Origin: an uncultured Candidatus Rokubacteria bacterium
GTDB taxonomy: Bacteria; Methylomirabilota; Methylomirabilia; Rokubacteriales; CSP1-6
Direction: 5' to 3'
Assembly: GCA_963743355.1 (NCBI GenBank)
Contig: CAVUPM010000002.1
Location: forward strand, 2,546,825 to 2,610,824
DNA: 64,000 bases
Made by a program: the position numbers and the translations under genes. Below are positions 9,421 to 18,171 of the stretch, piece after piece. How positions within the stretch are numbered: position 1 is the first letter of the stretch; every line of letters begins with the position of its first letter. The notes below the pieces were generated by a model, which saw only the letters and a program-made list of their open reading frames with translations, was not told where the DNA came from and searched no databases.

Positions 9421-10050
9421 ATGAAGCGCTCCCTCATCACCCTCGCTATCCTCGCGCTCACTGCCGGCACGGCGCTCGCCGCGCCCGGTGACCCGCGCAT
9501 CATCCAGGGGACCGTCGAATGGCCCCCCACCCTGTCCACCGAGCCCTTCGTCGTGATACGCGGCGACGACGGCCGTCTCTACTACGCCGACATCAGCGCC
9601 GCTCAGCGCCGCGCGCCCGGCGCGGTGACGGCCGGCTCGCCGGTCGCTGCGCTCGGGATCGAGGGCAGCCGGCCGTACGAGCTGGCGGGCCTCGCCTTCG
9701 GGCCGGGCACCGCGGCCTCGCTCGGGCTGACAACGCTCACGCCGTCCCCGGCGCCCTCGGCCTCGATGCCGTCCACGGCGCCCCAGGCGAGCTCGGCCCC
9801 GGAGCCCATGTGGCGGCTCGACGGGACTGTGCAATCCGTTTCCGGCACGATGGTGGCGTTGCAGACTGCTGACGGGCGAACCCACACCGTCGACGCCTCC
9901 CAGCTCAGCAACGGGACGATCCGCGCCCTCCGACCCGGCGATCCCGTGACGCTGTTCGGGGTGCCACGCGCCGACAACAAGCTCATCGCCAACGGCTATG
10001 TCCAGAGCGAGCCGGCCTCGCCCGCCGCCTCGCCACCTTCCACCCGCTAG
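9421..10050 (+). CDS. Secreted hypothetical protein with two similar beta-rich modules and a Ser/Pro/Ala-rich linker
   Basis: Signal peptide MKRSLITLAILALTAGTALA; internal duplication (GTVEWPP...RGDDGRLYYADIS and GTVQSVSGTMVALQTADGRTHTVDAS); strong RBS. Confidence 0.5.
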   Translation: MKRSLITLAILALTAGTALAAPGDPRIIQGTVEWPPTLSTEPFVVIRGDDGRLYYADISAAQRRAPGAVTAGSPVAALGIEGSRPYELAGLAFGPGTAASLGLTTLTPSPAPSASMPSTAPQASSAPEPMWRLDGTVQSVSGTMVALQTADGRTHTVDASQLSNGTIRALRPGDPVTLFGVPRADNKLIANGYVQSEPASPAASPPSTR

Positions 10051-10359
10051 TTTCTGCGATTGATGAATCTCGTGCTACGTGGTGACGCCGGGCCCCGGAC
10101 CCGAGGGCCGCGGGCGCGCCATCACGGCGGCCGTCGTCGCCGTTCGAGCGCAGGGGGCGGCGAGCGAGCCGCCGAGGATTCGGCTGGTCCGCGCCCGAGC
10201 CCCCGCGGGGGGATGGGGGCCCCGAGCGAGCCGGGCAGGCGCGCCCGCGGCCCTCGGGCCTGGCGCCCGGCGTCACCAGACTCCACGAGGATCGTTCGCC
10301 CCGCGGCGTCGGACTTCCGCATTCACGTGTGGCTGAGCGGGACTGCTACAATCCGGGGC

Positions 10360-11472
10360 ATGCGGCGCGTCGGCGTGATTTTCGGGGGGCGCTCCGGCGA
10401 GCACGAGGTGTCCCTGGCCTCCGCCGCCTCGGTGATCGCCGCGCTTGAGCGCCGCGGGCACCACGTGGTCCCCATCGGCATCGCGCGCGATGGGGGCTGG
10501 GTGGTGGGCGGCGATCCGATGCGCGCGCTCGCCGAGCAGGCCCGGGTCGCACTCCCCAACGGTGACGAGACCGGCGCCGTCAAGAAGGCCCTGGCCGATC
10601 GCGCCGAGGGCGTCCTGAGCGACACTGCCGTCTCCCTCGTGCGCTCGGAGCCGGCCGGTAGCGTGCCCAGCGAGCTGCGCCAGGGTCTCGACGTCGTCTT
10701 CATCGCGCTGCACGGGCCGTACGGCGAGGACGGCACCATCCAGGGCCTGCTGGAGGTCGCCGACATCCCCTACGTCGGCGCCGGGGTGCTGGCCTCCGCC
10801 GTCGGCATGGACAAGGCAACCATGAAGACGGTGTTCCGGGCGCACGGGCTGCCGATCGTCGAGCACGTGGTCGTCATGCGTCGCGACTGGCGCGAGCGGC
10901 CCGCCGCCGTCGCCCGCGAGATCGCCGAGACCATCGGCTTCCCCTGCTTCGTCAAGCCCTCCAACCTCGGCTCCAGCGTCGGCATCAGCAAGGTGAAGTA
11001 CGCCGGCGACCTCGCCGCCGCCATCGACGAGGCCGCCCGCCACGACCGCAAGCTGGTCGTCGAGCGGGCGGTCCGCGCGCGCGAGATCGAGGTCAGCGTT
11101 CTCGGCAACGACGCGCCGGACGCCTCGCTGCCGGGCGAGATCGTCTACGAGGGTGAGTGGTACGACTACGCCACCAAGTACGGCGAGGGCCAGGCCCGCC
11201 TCGTCTGCCCGGCGCCGGTGACCCCGGAGCTCACGGCCCAGTTCCGCGAGCTCGCGGTGGCGACGTTCCGCGCGATCGACTGCGCCGGGATGGCCCGCGT
11301 CGACTTCTTTCTCGAGGGCAATCGCATCCTCGTGAACGAGATCAACACGATCCCCGGCTTCACGTCGACCAGCGGCTACGCGCGGATGTGGGAAGCAACC
11401 GGGCTGTCGTATCCCGACCTCGTCCAGCGCCTCGTCGACCTCGCCCTGGAGCGGCACCGCGAAAAGTCGTAG
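10360..11472 (+). CDS. ddl: D-alanine--D-alanine ligase
   Basis: [19 protein letters not shown]..., ATP-grasp motifs [16 protein letters not shown] and [10 protein letters not shown]. Confidence 0.9.
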   Translation: MRRVGVIFGGRSGEHEVSLASAASVIAALERRGHHVVPIGIARDGGWVVGGDPMRALAEQARVALPNGDETGAVKKALADRAEGVLSDTAVSLVRSEPAGSVPSELRQGLDVVFIALHGPYGEDGTIQGLLEVADIPYVGAGVLASAVGMDKATMKTVFRAHGLPIVEHVVVMRRDWRERPAAVAREIAETIGFPCFVKPSNLGSSVGISKVKYAGDLAAAIDEAARHDRKLVVERAVRAREIEVSVLGNDAPDASLPGEIVYEGEWYDYATKYGEGQARLVCPAPVTPELTAQFRELAVATFRAIDCAGMARVDFFLEGNRILVNEINTIPGFTSTSGYARMWEATGLSYPDLVQRLVDLALERHREKS

Positions 11473-11473
11473 C

Positions 11474-12580
11474 GTGACGATCGTCATCGCGGGCGGCGGG
11501 ACCGGGGGCCACACCAGCCCCGGACTCGCCGTGGCCACGCTGTTGCGCGAGCGCGGCGTGGGCCACGCCTGGATCGGCAGTCGGGACGGCGTCGAAGCGC
11601 GGCGCGCGCCCGAAGAAGGCATCCCCTACCACGCCATCGCGACCGGCAAGCTGCGCCGCTACTGGGCGTGGCGCAACGTCACCGACCTCGCGATCAACGT
11701 GCCGGCCGGCATCGTCGGCGCCCACGTCCTGCTGCGCCGGCTGCGCCCGCGCGTCGTGCTGGCCACCGGCGGCTTCGTCGCCCTGCCCGTTGTGCTGGGC
11801 GCCGCGCTGGCCGGCATCCCGGTCGTCGTCCACGAGCAGACGGCGGTGCCGGGCCTGGCCAACCGGATCGCCGCCCGGGGCGCGCGCCGCATCGCGGTGA
11901 CGTTCGCGGAGAGCGCGCGACACTTCCCGGCCGACCGGGTGGTCGTCACCGGCAACCCGCTGCGTCCGGACCTGCGCGCCGGCTCGCGGGCGGATGCGGT
12001 GGGGCGCTTCGGCCTGGATGCCGCGTTGCCCCTCGTCTACGTCACGGGCGGCGCGCTGGGCGCGCACGCCATCAACCGGGTCGTCGGCGAGATCGCGGGC
12101 GACCTGCTCGCGCACGCCCAGGTGATCCACCAGTGCGGCGACAACGCCGTCACCGGCGACCGCGCCTGGCTCGAGGCCAGGCGCAACGCGCTGCCGGCAG
12201 CACTCGCGCGCCGGTACACGGTGCAGCCGTGGGTCGGCCCGGAGCTGGCCGGCATTTACGCGACCGCGGCGCTCGTGGTCGCCCGCTCCGGCGCCGGCAC
12301 CGTGAACGAATGCTGCCAGCTCGGGCTGCCGGCCCTCTACGTCCCGATGCCCGGCGCCAGCGGCGACGAGCAGACGGCCAACGCCCGGCTGGTCGGCCGT
12401 GTCGGCGGCTGCTCGATCGCGCCCCAGGCCTCGCTCACACCCGAGCTGCTCCTCGAGCGCATCCGCGGCCTCCTGGCCGAGCCCGCCCGACTCAAAGACA
12501 TGGGCGAGCGCGCCCGCACCCTGGCGATTCCCGACGCCGCCGAGCGCCTCGTCAACCTCCTGCTGGAGATCGTCGGGTGA
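11474..12580 (+). CDS. murG: MurG-family glycosyltransferase (UDP-GlcNAc:lipid I GlcNAc transferase)
   Basis: GTG start; GGTGGH motif near the N-terminus (IAGGGTGGHTSPGLAV) and GT28 C-terminal domain. Confidence 0.8.
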   Translation: MTIVIAGGGTGGHTSPGLAVATLLRERGVGHAWIGSRDGVEARRAPEEGIPYHAIATGKLRRYWAWRNVTDLAINVPAGIVGAHVLLRRLRPRVVLATGGFVALPVVLGAALAGIPVVVHEQTAVPGLANRIAARGARRIAVTFAESARHFPADRVVVTGNPLRPDLRAGSRADAVGRFGLDAALPLVYVTGGALGAHAINRVVGEIAGDLLAHAQVIHQCGDNAVTGDRAWLEARRNALPAALARRYTVQPWVGPELAGIYATAALVVARSGAGTVNECCQLGLPALYVPMPGASGDEQTANARLVGRVGGCSIAPQASLTPELLLERIRGLLAEPARLKDMGERARTLAIPDAAERLVNLLLEIVG

Positions 12581-12585
12581 TCAGG

Positions 12586-13377
12586 CTACCGGCGTTTCGT
12601 GGTGTGGCGGCTCGACGGATATCGAGGAGCGCCCCGGCTCCGCCGGGGCGCTCCGAGCGTCGGGGGGGTCTGGGGGGCCATCTCGGGGCCCCCCATCAGG
12701 TCGAAGCGGGCCGGGCAGGAATCGCAGCGCGGGATCGTGCGGCAGTGTGCCTTGGCAACCGCGACCAGCAAGGCGTGGAACTCGTTGAAGAGCGCGGGGT
12801 CCGAGGGCAGGTGCGCCTCGAGGAACGCGCGCGTCTCCTCGTAGCCGGCGTGGAGCCGCAGCAGGCGGTGACGCACGAGCACGCGGCGCGTGTAGGCGTC
12901 GGCGACGAAGACCGGACGGCCGGCGGCGTAGAGCAGGATCGCGTCGGCCGTCTCCGGCCCCAGGCCGGGGACCCCGAGCAGCTCACGCCGCACGGGCCCC
13001 AGCGGCGCCCGGCGCATGGCGCGGAAGTCGCCGCCGAAGCGCTCGAGCAGCCAGCCGGTGAAGTCGAGCAGGCGGCGCGCCTTCAGGCGATAGGTGCCGG
13101 CCGGTCGCACCAGCGCGCCGAGGGCGACGACATCGCAGCCGGCCAGGCGTCTCGGGGTCAGCAGTCGATGGGCCCGGAGCGCGGCCACGGCCCGAGCGGC
13201 GCCCGGCCAGGCCGTGTGCTGGGTCAGGATCGCTCCGACGGCCACCTCGAAGGCCGTGCGGGCCGGCCACCAGCCCTGCGGGCCGTAGCGCGCCTGCAGC
13301 GCGCGGTAGAGCCGCAGCAGGCGCGCCTTGCTGGGATCGCGCGGCGGGCCGGGGATCCGGCGCCAGCCCGGCAGCAT
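12586..13377 (-). CDS. Endonuclease III-like HhH-GPD DNA glycosylase family protein with an atypical, repeat-derived C-terminus
   Basis: HhH-GPD motif LLGVPGLGPETADAILLYAAGRPVFVADAYTRRV; Fe-S motif HCRTIPRCDSC keeps 3 Cys but the fourth is replaced by a tail (MGGPEMAPQTPPTLGAPRRSRG...) encoded by the repeat element. Confidence 0.6.
   Translation of the reverse strand: MLPGWRRIPGPPRDPSKARLLRLYRALQARYGPQGWWPARTAFEVAVGAILTQHTAWPGAARAVAALRAHRLLTPRRLAGCDVVALGALVRPAGTYRLKARRLLDFTGWLLERFGGDFRAMRRAPLGPVRRELLGVPGLGPETADAILLYAAGRPVFVADAYTRRVLVRHRLLRLHAGYEETRAFLEAHLPSDPALFNEFHALLVAVAKAHCRTIPRCDSCPARFDLMGGPEMAPQTPPTLGAPRRSRGAPRYPSSRHTTKRR
12615..12712. repeat. Copy A of the dispersed GC-rich double-hairpin repeat element, overlapping the 3' end of the endonuclease III-like gene
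   Basis: Hairpin 1 GGAGCGCCCCGG-ctccg-CCGGGGCGCTCC (12-bp stem) and hairpin 2 GGGGGGCC-atctcgg-GGCCCCCC; about 90% identical to the copy at 44141-44225. Confidence 0.65.
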
Positions 13378-13393
13378 GGGACGGCCTGAGGCA

Positions 13394-14359
13394 ATGCTGG
13401 GCGTCATCATCCTGGTCCAGACTCTCGTGCTGGCGATTGCGGGCCCGGCGACCTCACCGGAGTATCTCCCGCTCCGCGTCGCCGAGGCCGAGGGGTTCTT
13501 CGCGCGCGAGGGTCTGAACGTCGTCCTGCGCACCACGCGGGCCGAGCCCGGCGCCGCCGAGGCGCTGGTGCAGGCCCAGGCCGACCTGGTCGCGACCTCG
13601 CTCGACGCGATCCTGCGCTTCGGTCCGCGCTCCGTCACGCAGGGCCCGCGGCTGGTGTTCGGGCTGACCGCGGCGCCGCCGGTCGCCCTGCTGGTACCGA
13701 CCTCCCAGGTCACGATCGTCAGGTCGCTGAACGACCTGCCGGGCACGCGCGTGGGACTGTCCAGCCCCGGCGCGCCCGAGCAGATGTGGTTCGGGTGGTT
13801 GCTGGCCCGGACGGGGCTCAGCGTGGCGCAGATGTGGGTCGTGAGCTACGGCAGCCGGGGCCTCGTCGCCGCGGTGGAGAGTGGCGACGTCCACTCCGGG
13901 CTCGTGCACGAGCCGGCGGCGTCGCGACTGATCGCGGACGGCCAGGCGCGGGTGCTCGTGGATCTGCGGAGCCCGGCCGCGGTCGCGCAGGCGATCGGCA
14001 CGTCGACGGTGAACGCCGCGGTCTTCGCGCGGGCCGACCGGCGGCCGCGCGACCGTGACCTCGGCGCCTTCGCGCGGGCCGTGCTCGCCGCCGAGCAGCG
14101 CATCGCGGCCGCCAAGGCGGACGACCTGGCCACGCGCCTGCCCAAGCGCATCGGCGCCGATGACTTCGCGACCCGGCTGGAGGCGACGCGAGCGATCTAT
14201 CTGCCCGACGGCCTCGTCACCGCCGACCAGCTCCGCGAGACGCTGGCGCTGATCCGCGCCCATCAGCCGCTGCCCGTCACCAGCCGGGTGCCTTCGCCGG
14301 AGGAGCTGCTCCACATCGAGCCTCTGCGCCGCGTCCTCAGCGCTCCGGCGGAACGCTGA
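13394..14359 (+). CDS. ABC transporter substrate-binding protein (NMT1/SsuA/TauA-like periplasmic binding fold)
   Basis: N-terminal signal/anchor MLGVIILVQTLVLAIAG and periplasmic binding-protein type 2 pattern; specific substrate not assignable. Confidence 0.55.
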   Translation: MLGVIILVQTLVLAIAGPATSPEYLPLRVAEAEGFFAREGLNVVLRTTRAEPGAAEALVQAQADLVATSLDAILRFGPRSVTQGPRLVFGLTAAPPVALLVPTSQVTIVRSLNDLPGTRVGLSSPGAPEQMWFGWLLARTGLSVAQMWVVSYGSRGLVAAVESGDVHSGLVHEPAASRLIADGQARVLVDLRSPAAVAQAIGTSTVNAAVFARADRRPRDRDLGAFARAVLAAEQRIAAAKADDLATRLPKRIGADDFATRLEATRAIYLPDGLVTADQLRETLALIRAHQPLPVTSRVPSPEELLHIEPLRRVLSAPAER

Positions 14360-14900
14360 CCGGCACCCCGAAGGCCGCCAGCAGCCCGGCCGTCTCCTCG
14401 AGCGGCAGCCCGACCACGTTGCTGAAGGAGCCCTCGAGCCCGGCCACCAGCGCGCCGCCGCGCCCCTGGATCGCGTAGGCGCCGGCCTTGTCGAGCGGCT
14501 CGCCGGTCGCCACGTAGGCCTCGATGTCGCCCTCGCCGTACTCGGCCATCCGTACCCGGCTCACCACCACCGTCGCCTGGGACCGTCCGGTGCGCGCGTC
14601 CACGACCGCCACGCCGGTAATCACCTCGTGCTCGCGCCCGCGCAACCGTCGGAGCATGACGCGCGCGTCGCCGGCGTCGGCCGGCTTGCCGAGCGCTTCC
14701 CCGTCGATCACCACGATGGTGTCGGCGCCGAGCACCACCCCCTCGCCCACGCGCGTCGCCACCGCTCGCGCCTTGTCGAGCGCCAACCGGGCGACGGCGT
14801 CGGCGAGCGGGCCGGGGGCGAGCGCTTCCTCGACGTCACTGGGCACGACGCGGAAGTCGGCGCCGAGCGAGCCGAGGAGCTCCCGCCGTCTCGGCGAGGC
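14337..14900 (-). CDS. maf: Maf-like nucleoside triphosphate pyrophosphatase (septum formation protein Maf); start codon unresolved
   Basis: SLILASASPRRRELLGSLGADFRVVPSDVEE... and AYAIQGRGGALV; no ATG/GTG/TTG in the roughly 25 in-frame codons upstream of the conserved N-terminus. Confidence 0.65.
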   Translation of the reverse strand, partial: ASPRRRELLGSLGADFRVVPSDVEEALAPGPLADAVARLALDKARAVATRVGEGVVLGADTIVVIDGEALGKPADAGDARVMLRRLRGREHEVITGVAVVDARTGRSQATVVVSRVRMAEYGEGDIEAYVATGEPLDKAGAYAIQGRGGALVAGLEGSFSNVVGLPLEETAGLLAAFGVPVSVPPER

Positions 14901-14935
14901 CGACGCGAGGATGAGAGACGGCGCCGCGGCGGGTC

Positions 14936-15856
14936 CTACGTGACGATCAGGGGGTGGGCGTCGGTGACCACGCGCGTCTGCGCGGCGATGGCCGCCCGGA
15001 TGTGCCGGGGCAGGTGGAACGCGTGCTGGTGGGTCTGGCCGTCCCAGTACGTCATCGGCCCCTTGATCCGCTCGCTGATGAGCCGGTCCACCGTCGCGGC
15101 GTCCTGCCGGAGGGGATCGACCTTCTTGGTGGCCGTGATGAAGCCCCACGGCGTGCCGAAGCAGGAGATGAACGTCTGGTAGCCGGCGACGACGGGGAAG
15201 ACCTCGCGCAGCGTGCGGTGGATCGACGTGAAGAAGTCGAGCTCGCCGAGCTTGGTCATGCCGGCTTGCAGGGTGAGCGCGCCGCCGGGAGTCAGGCGGT
15301 CGCGCACCAGGGTATAGAACTCCTTCGTGAACAGCAGACAGGCCGGGCCTTCTTCGAGCGGCTCGACCAGGTCGATCGTGATGAAGTCGAAGCGCTCGCT
15401 GGTCTTCTCGAGGTAGGCCCGGGCGTCCTCGTGCCGCAGCTCGGAGCGCCGGTCCTCGAACGCCCCCTGGTGCATCTCCGGCAGGTGTTTCTTGCAGAGC
15501 TCGACCACCTCGTCGTCGATGTCGACCATGACGGCGCGCCTGATCGAGGGGTAGCGCAGGATCTCGCGCAGGGTGGCGCCCTCACCCCCGCCGATGACCA
15601 GGCCCGACTCGGGGGCGCGCTCGGAGGCCAGCATGCCCGGGTGGACGAGGGCCTCGTGATAGACGAAGTCTTCGGCCTGGCTCGACTGGATCCGCCCGTC
15701 GAGAACCAGGACCTTGCCGTAGGCGTGGGTTTCCATGATCTCGACGTGCTGAAACTTCGTCTGAGCCTCGACGATCGTCCGCCGGATGGCGTGCATGTGG
15801 CCTTCGACGGCCGTGGTGGGCTCGAAGAACCACTTATAGGACTGCGGGGTGATCAA
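14936..15856 (-). CDS. speE: Spermidine synthase (putrescine aminopropyltransferase)
   Basis: WFFEP...HVEIMETHAYGKVLVLDG...VYHEALVHPGM...VIGGGEGATLREILR; probable TTG start overlapping the speD stop (TTGA). Confidence 0.85.
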   Translation of the reverse strand: MITPQSYKWFFEPTTAVEGHMHAIRRTIVEAQTKFQHVEIMETHAYGKVLVLDGRIQSSQAEDFVYHEALVHPGMLASERAPESGLVIGGGEGATLREILRYPSIRRAVMVDIDDEVVELCKKHLPEMHQGAFEDRRSELRHEDARAYLEKTSERFDFITIDLVEPLEEGPACLLFTKEFYTLVRDRLTPGGALTLQAGMTKLGELDFFTSIHRTLREVFPVVAGYQTFISCFGTPWGFITATKKVDPLRQDAATVDRLISERIKGPMTYWDGQTHQHAFHLPRHIRAAIAAQTRVVTDAHPLIVT

Positions 15857-16248
15857 CTGATGGCGACCGGGCTCTTGTTGACGACCGCCGACGGGGAGTT
15901 GATGAACATGCCCCGCTGCATCTCCACGACCGAGGCGCGCTCGGCCCCGAACTGCTCGACCAGGTAGTTGGCCGCCACCTCCGGCTGAAGGACGTCGCCG
16001 CACGAGAAGATGTCGACCGCGGCGTAACGGTACTCCGGCCAGGTGTGGATGGACAGGTGGGACTCGGCGATCACGACGACTCCGCTGATGCCGAACGGGT
16101 TGAACTCGTGGAACACCACGTCGACGATGGTGGCCTGGGCCCGCTTTGCCGCTTCGACGAGGGCGCCCTTGACACTTTCAAGATTGTTGATGGCGTCCGT
16201 GTCGCAGTCGAACAACTCGAGAAGCAGGTGCCGCCCCAGCGCGTTCAA
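15853..16248 (-). CDS. speD: S-adenosylmethionine decarboxylase proenzyme (class 1A, self-processing)
   Basis: MNALGRHLLLELFDCD...VVIAESHLSIHTWPE, with the ES/H processing site that generates the pyruvoyl group. Confidence 0.85.
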   Translation of the reverse strand: MNALGRHLLLELFDCDTDAINNLESVKGALVEAAKRAQATIVDVVFHEFNPFGISGVVVIAESHLSIHTWPEYRYAAVDIFSCGDVLQPEVAANYLVEQFGAERASVVEMQRGMFINSPSAVVNKSPVAIS

Positions 16249-16323
16249 TCCACTGACCCTCCTTTGTCCGGTCCGCCCATCTACCGCACCTCACTTGCGA
16301 CGTTGCGGTCGCGTCGCTGTTAC

Positions 16324-16342
16324 GGCGAAAAAGTTTTTCGCC
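16324..16342. promoter_or_regulatory. Perfect 19-bp palindrome GGCGAAAAAGTTTTTCGCC about 75 bp upstream of speD; candidate operator
   Basis: Exact inverted repeat with an AT-rich centre in an otherwise GC-rich intergenic region, followed by a GTGACAAAA motif. Confidence 0.35.
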
Positions 16343-16675
16343 GGTGACAAAATCTGTTTCACTGTATGGTCCGCAAACCCCCATTGCAAGAAAAAAACGC
16401 GTCTCGCCGCCGTTTCCGTCCCGTCTCTCTCCCGATTCACCTCACCGACAGCGCGCCGCGCGCCCGCGTGCGCACCTCGCAAGGCGCTTCACAGTCTCGC
16501 CGCGCGGTGGCGCGCTCCACGTGCTCGTCGCCCTCGCCTCGTGCAGCCTCGGCGGCGGGTTCTTCGTCTCACCGACGAGCCGCTCGCGCCCGCCGGCGCG
16601 CCGCGCGCACGCCGGTGTCGCCGGCGCGCGTACCGGCGGCCTGCTCGCGCGCCCGGCGGCCGCCGGAGCGGCGCG

Positions 16676-16745
16676 GTGACGTCACTTTTCTCTTGCGTTG
16701 AGTCGACGGGCCGGTAAAGTGACAAAAGATTTCTCTCCGCCCTGG
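16676..16745. promoter_or_regulatory. Cluster of GTGAC-containing inverted and direct repeats upstream of pdaD
   Basis: Palindrome GTGACGTCAC (16676-16685), inverted repeat GTCACTTTT...AAAGTGAC (16681-16733) and GTGACAAAAGATTTCTC (16729-16745); a related GTGACAAAATCTGTTTCAC lies at 16344-16362. Confidence 0.35.
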
Positions 16746-16796
16746 TGGCGGCACGGTGATTGGAGGCGAGATCCCAGCGTGAGGAGGAGCGAGCGA

Positions 16797-17276
16797 ATGA
16801 CGAAGACGGTGACGATGGCGGCAGCGACTGCGGGTCACGCAGAAGGCGGCACCACCCTCAATGCCTTCGACAACGCGCTTCTGGCCGCGGGCATCGGCAA
16901 CATCAACCTCATCAAGGTGTCGAGCATCCTGCCCCCCGAAGTGCCGGTGATCGACCTCCCCAAGATCAAGCCCGGCGCCCTGATTCCGACGGCCTACGCG
17001 GCCATCACCAGCGAGACGCCCGGCGAGACCCTGGCAGCGGCGGTCGGCTACGCCGTGCCCGACGACCCGGCCAAGAACGGCGTCATCATGGAGTTCCACG
17101 GGGTGGCGACGAAGGCCGAGGCCGAGCGGCAGATCCATCTGATGCTGGAAGAGGCGTTCCGGACCCGCGGCGAGGTCATCCGCGAGCGCGCGGTCTTCGC
17201 CGTCGAGCACACGGTGGAGCGGGTCGGCTGCGCGCTGGCCGCCATCACCCTGCTCGCGGACGAGGACCTCGTCTAG
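16797..17276 (+). CDS. pdaD: Pyruvoyl-dependent arginine decarboxylase
   Basis: ATG at 16797 with RBS GAGGAGGA; hallmark GNINLIKVSSILPP with the Ser-Ser self-cleavage site. Confidence 0.85.
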   Translation: MTKTVTMAAATAGHAEGGTTLNAFDNALLAAGIGNINLIKVSSILPPEVPVIDLPKIKPGALIPTAYAAITSETPGETLAAAVGYAVPDDPAKNGVIMEFHGVATKAEAERQIHLMLEEAFRTRGEVIRERAVFAVEHTVERVGCALAAITLLADEDLV

Positions 17277-17304
17277 GCCGGACGCGGCGGCAGTACCCGA
17301 CGGG

Positions 17305-18171
17305 ATGCGACCGGTCTCACCGCGCTTCATCGCCTGCGACCGGTCGCTCACCGACGGGCGGATCATCGTCTACGGCATCCCGTTCGAGGGCCAGGTCAAC
17401 CTCCGCAAGGGCGCCGACAGCGGTCCGCTCGACCTGCGGCTGGCCTCCGACTCCATCGAGACGTACTCGCCGTGGGTCGAACGCGACCTCGAAGATCTGG
17501 CGCTCGCCGACATCGGCGACTGTGAGCTGCCGAAGGACGTCTCGCCCCGCGAGCAGCTCGACGCGGCGCGCAAGCAGATCGCGGCCTGGTGGCGGCCCGG
17601 GCTGATCCCCTTCATGCTGGGCGGCGACCATACCTCGACCGTGCCGGTGATCGAGGTGCTCGCGCCCTCCTTTCCGGACCTGCGCATCCTGCAGCTCGAC
17701 GCCCACCCCGACACCCGCGAGGAGTTCCTCGGTGAGCGCTACAACTACGCCTCGGCGATGGCGCGGGTGATGGAGGTGGTCGAGCCGGCGCGCGTGTTCC
17801 AGGTGGGCATGCGGACGGGCTCGCGCGAGGAGTACGTGAACCGTCGGCCCAACTTCTACCCGGTGCTGGCCGGCCATCCGGTCGACGTCGTCCGCCGGCT
17901 CCTGCCCCAGCTTCGGCGCCACCCACTCTACGTGACGATCGACGTGGACGTGCTCGACCCGGCCGAGGCGCCGGGAACGGGCTCGCCGGAGCCCGGCGGC
18001 CTGCGCGTCCCCGAGCTGCTCGAGATCGTCCGCATGCTGGCCGACTGCCAGATCATCGGCGGCGACCTGGTCGAGGTCACCCACGCGTGGGATCCGAGCG
18101 GACGCACTGGCATCGCCGCCGCCTGGGTCATCCGCGAGGCCATGCTGACCTGGTGGGGCGACACCCGGTGA
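17305..18171 (+). CDS. speB: Agmatinase (ureohydrolase family)
   Basis: Arginase-fold metal-binding motifs GGDHTST, LDAHPDT, DVDVLDPAEAPGTGSPEPGG. Confidence 0.85.
   Translation: MRPVSPRFIACDRSLTDGRIIVYGIPFEGQVNLRKGADSGPLDLRLASDSIETYSPWVERDLEDLALADIGDCELPKDVSPREQLDAARKQIAAWWRPGLIPFMLGGDHTSTVPVIEVLAPSFPDLRILQLDAHPDTREEFLGERYNYASAMARVMEVVEPARVFQVGMRTGSREEYVNRRPNFYPVLAGHPVDVVRRLLPQLRRHPLYVTIDVDVLDPAEAPGTGSPEPGGLRVPELLEIVRMLADCQIIGGDLVEVTHAWDPSGRTGIAAAWVIREAMLTWWGDTR

Noticed and set aside
16489-16725. 78-aa minus-strand ORF inside the speD/pdaD intergenic region
   Set aside because: Arg-rich junk translation (RRRHRRARGAPAG...), no RBS. More likely non-coding regulatory DNA.
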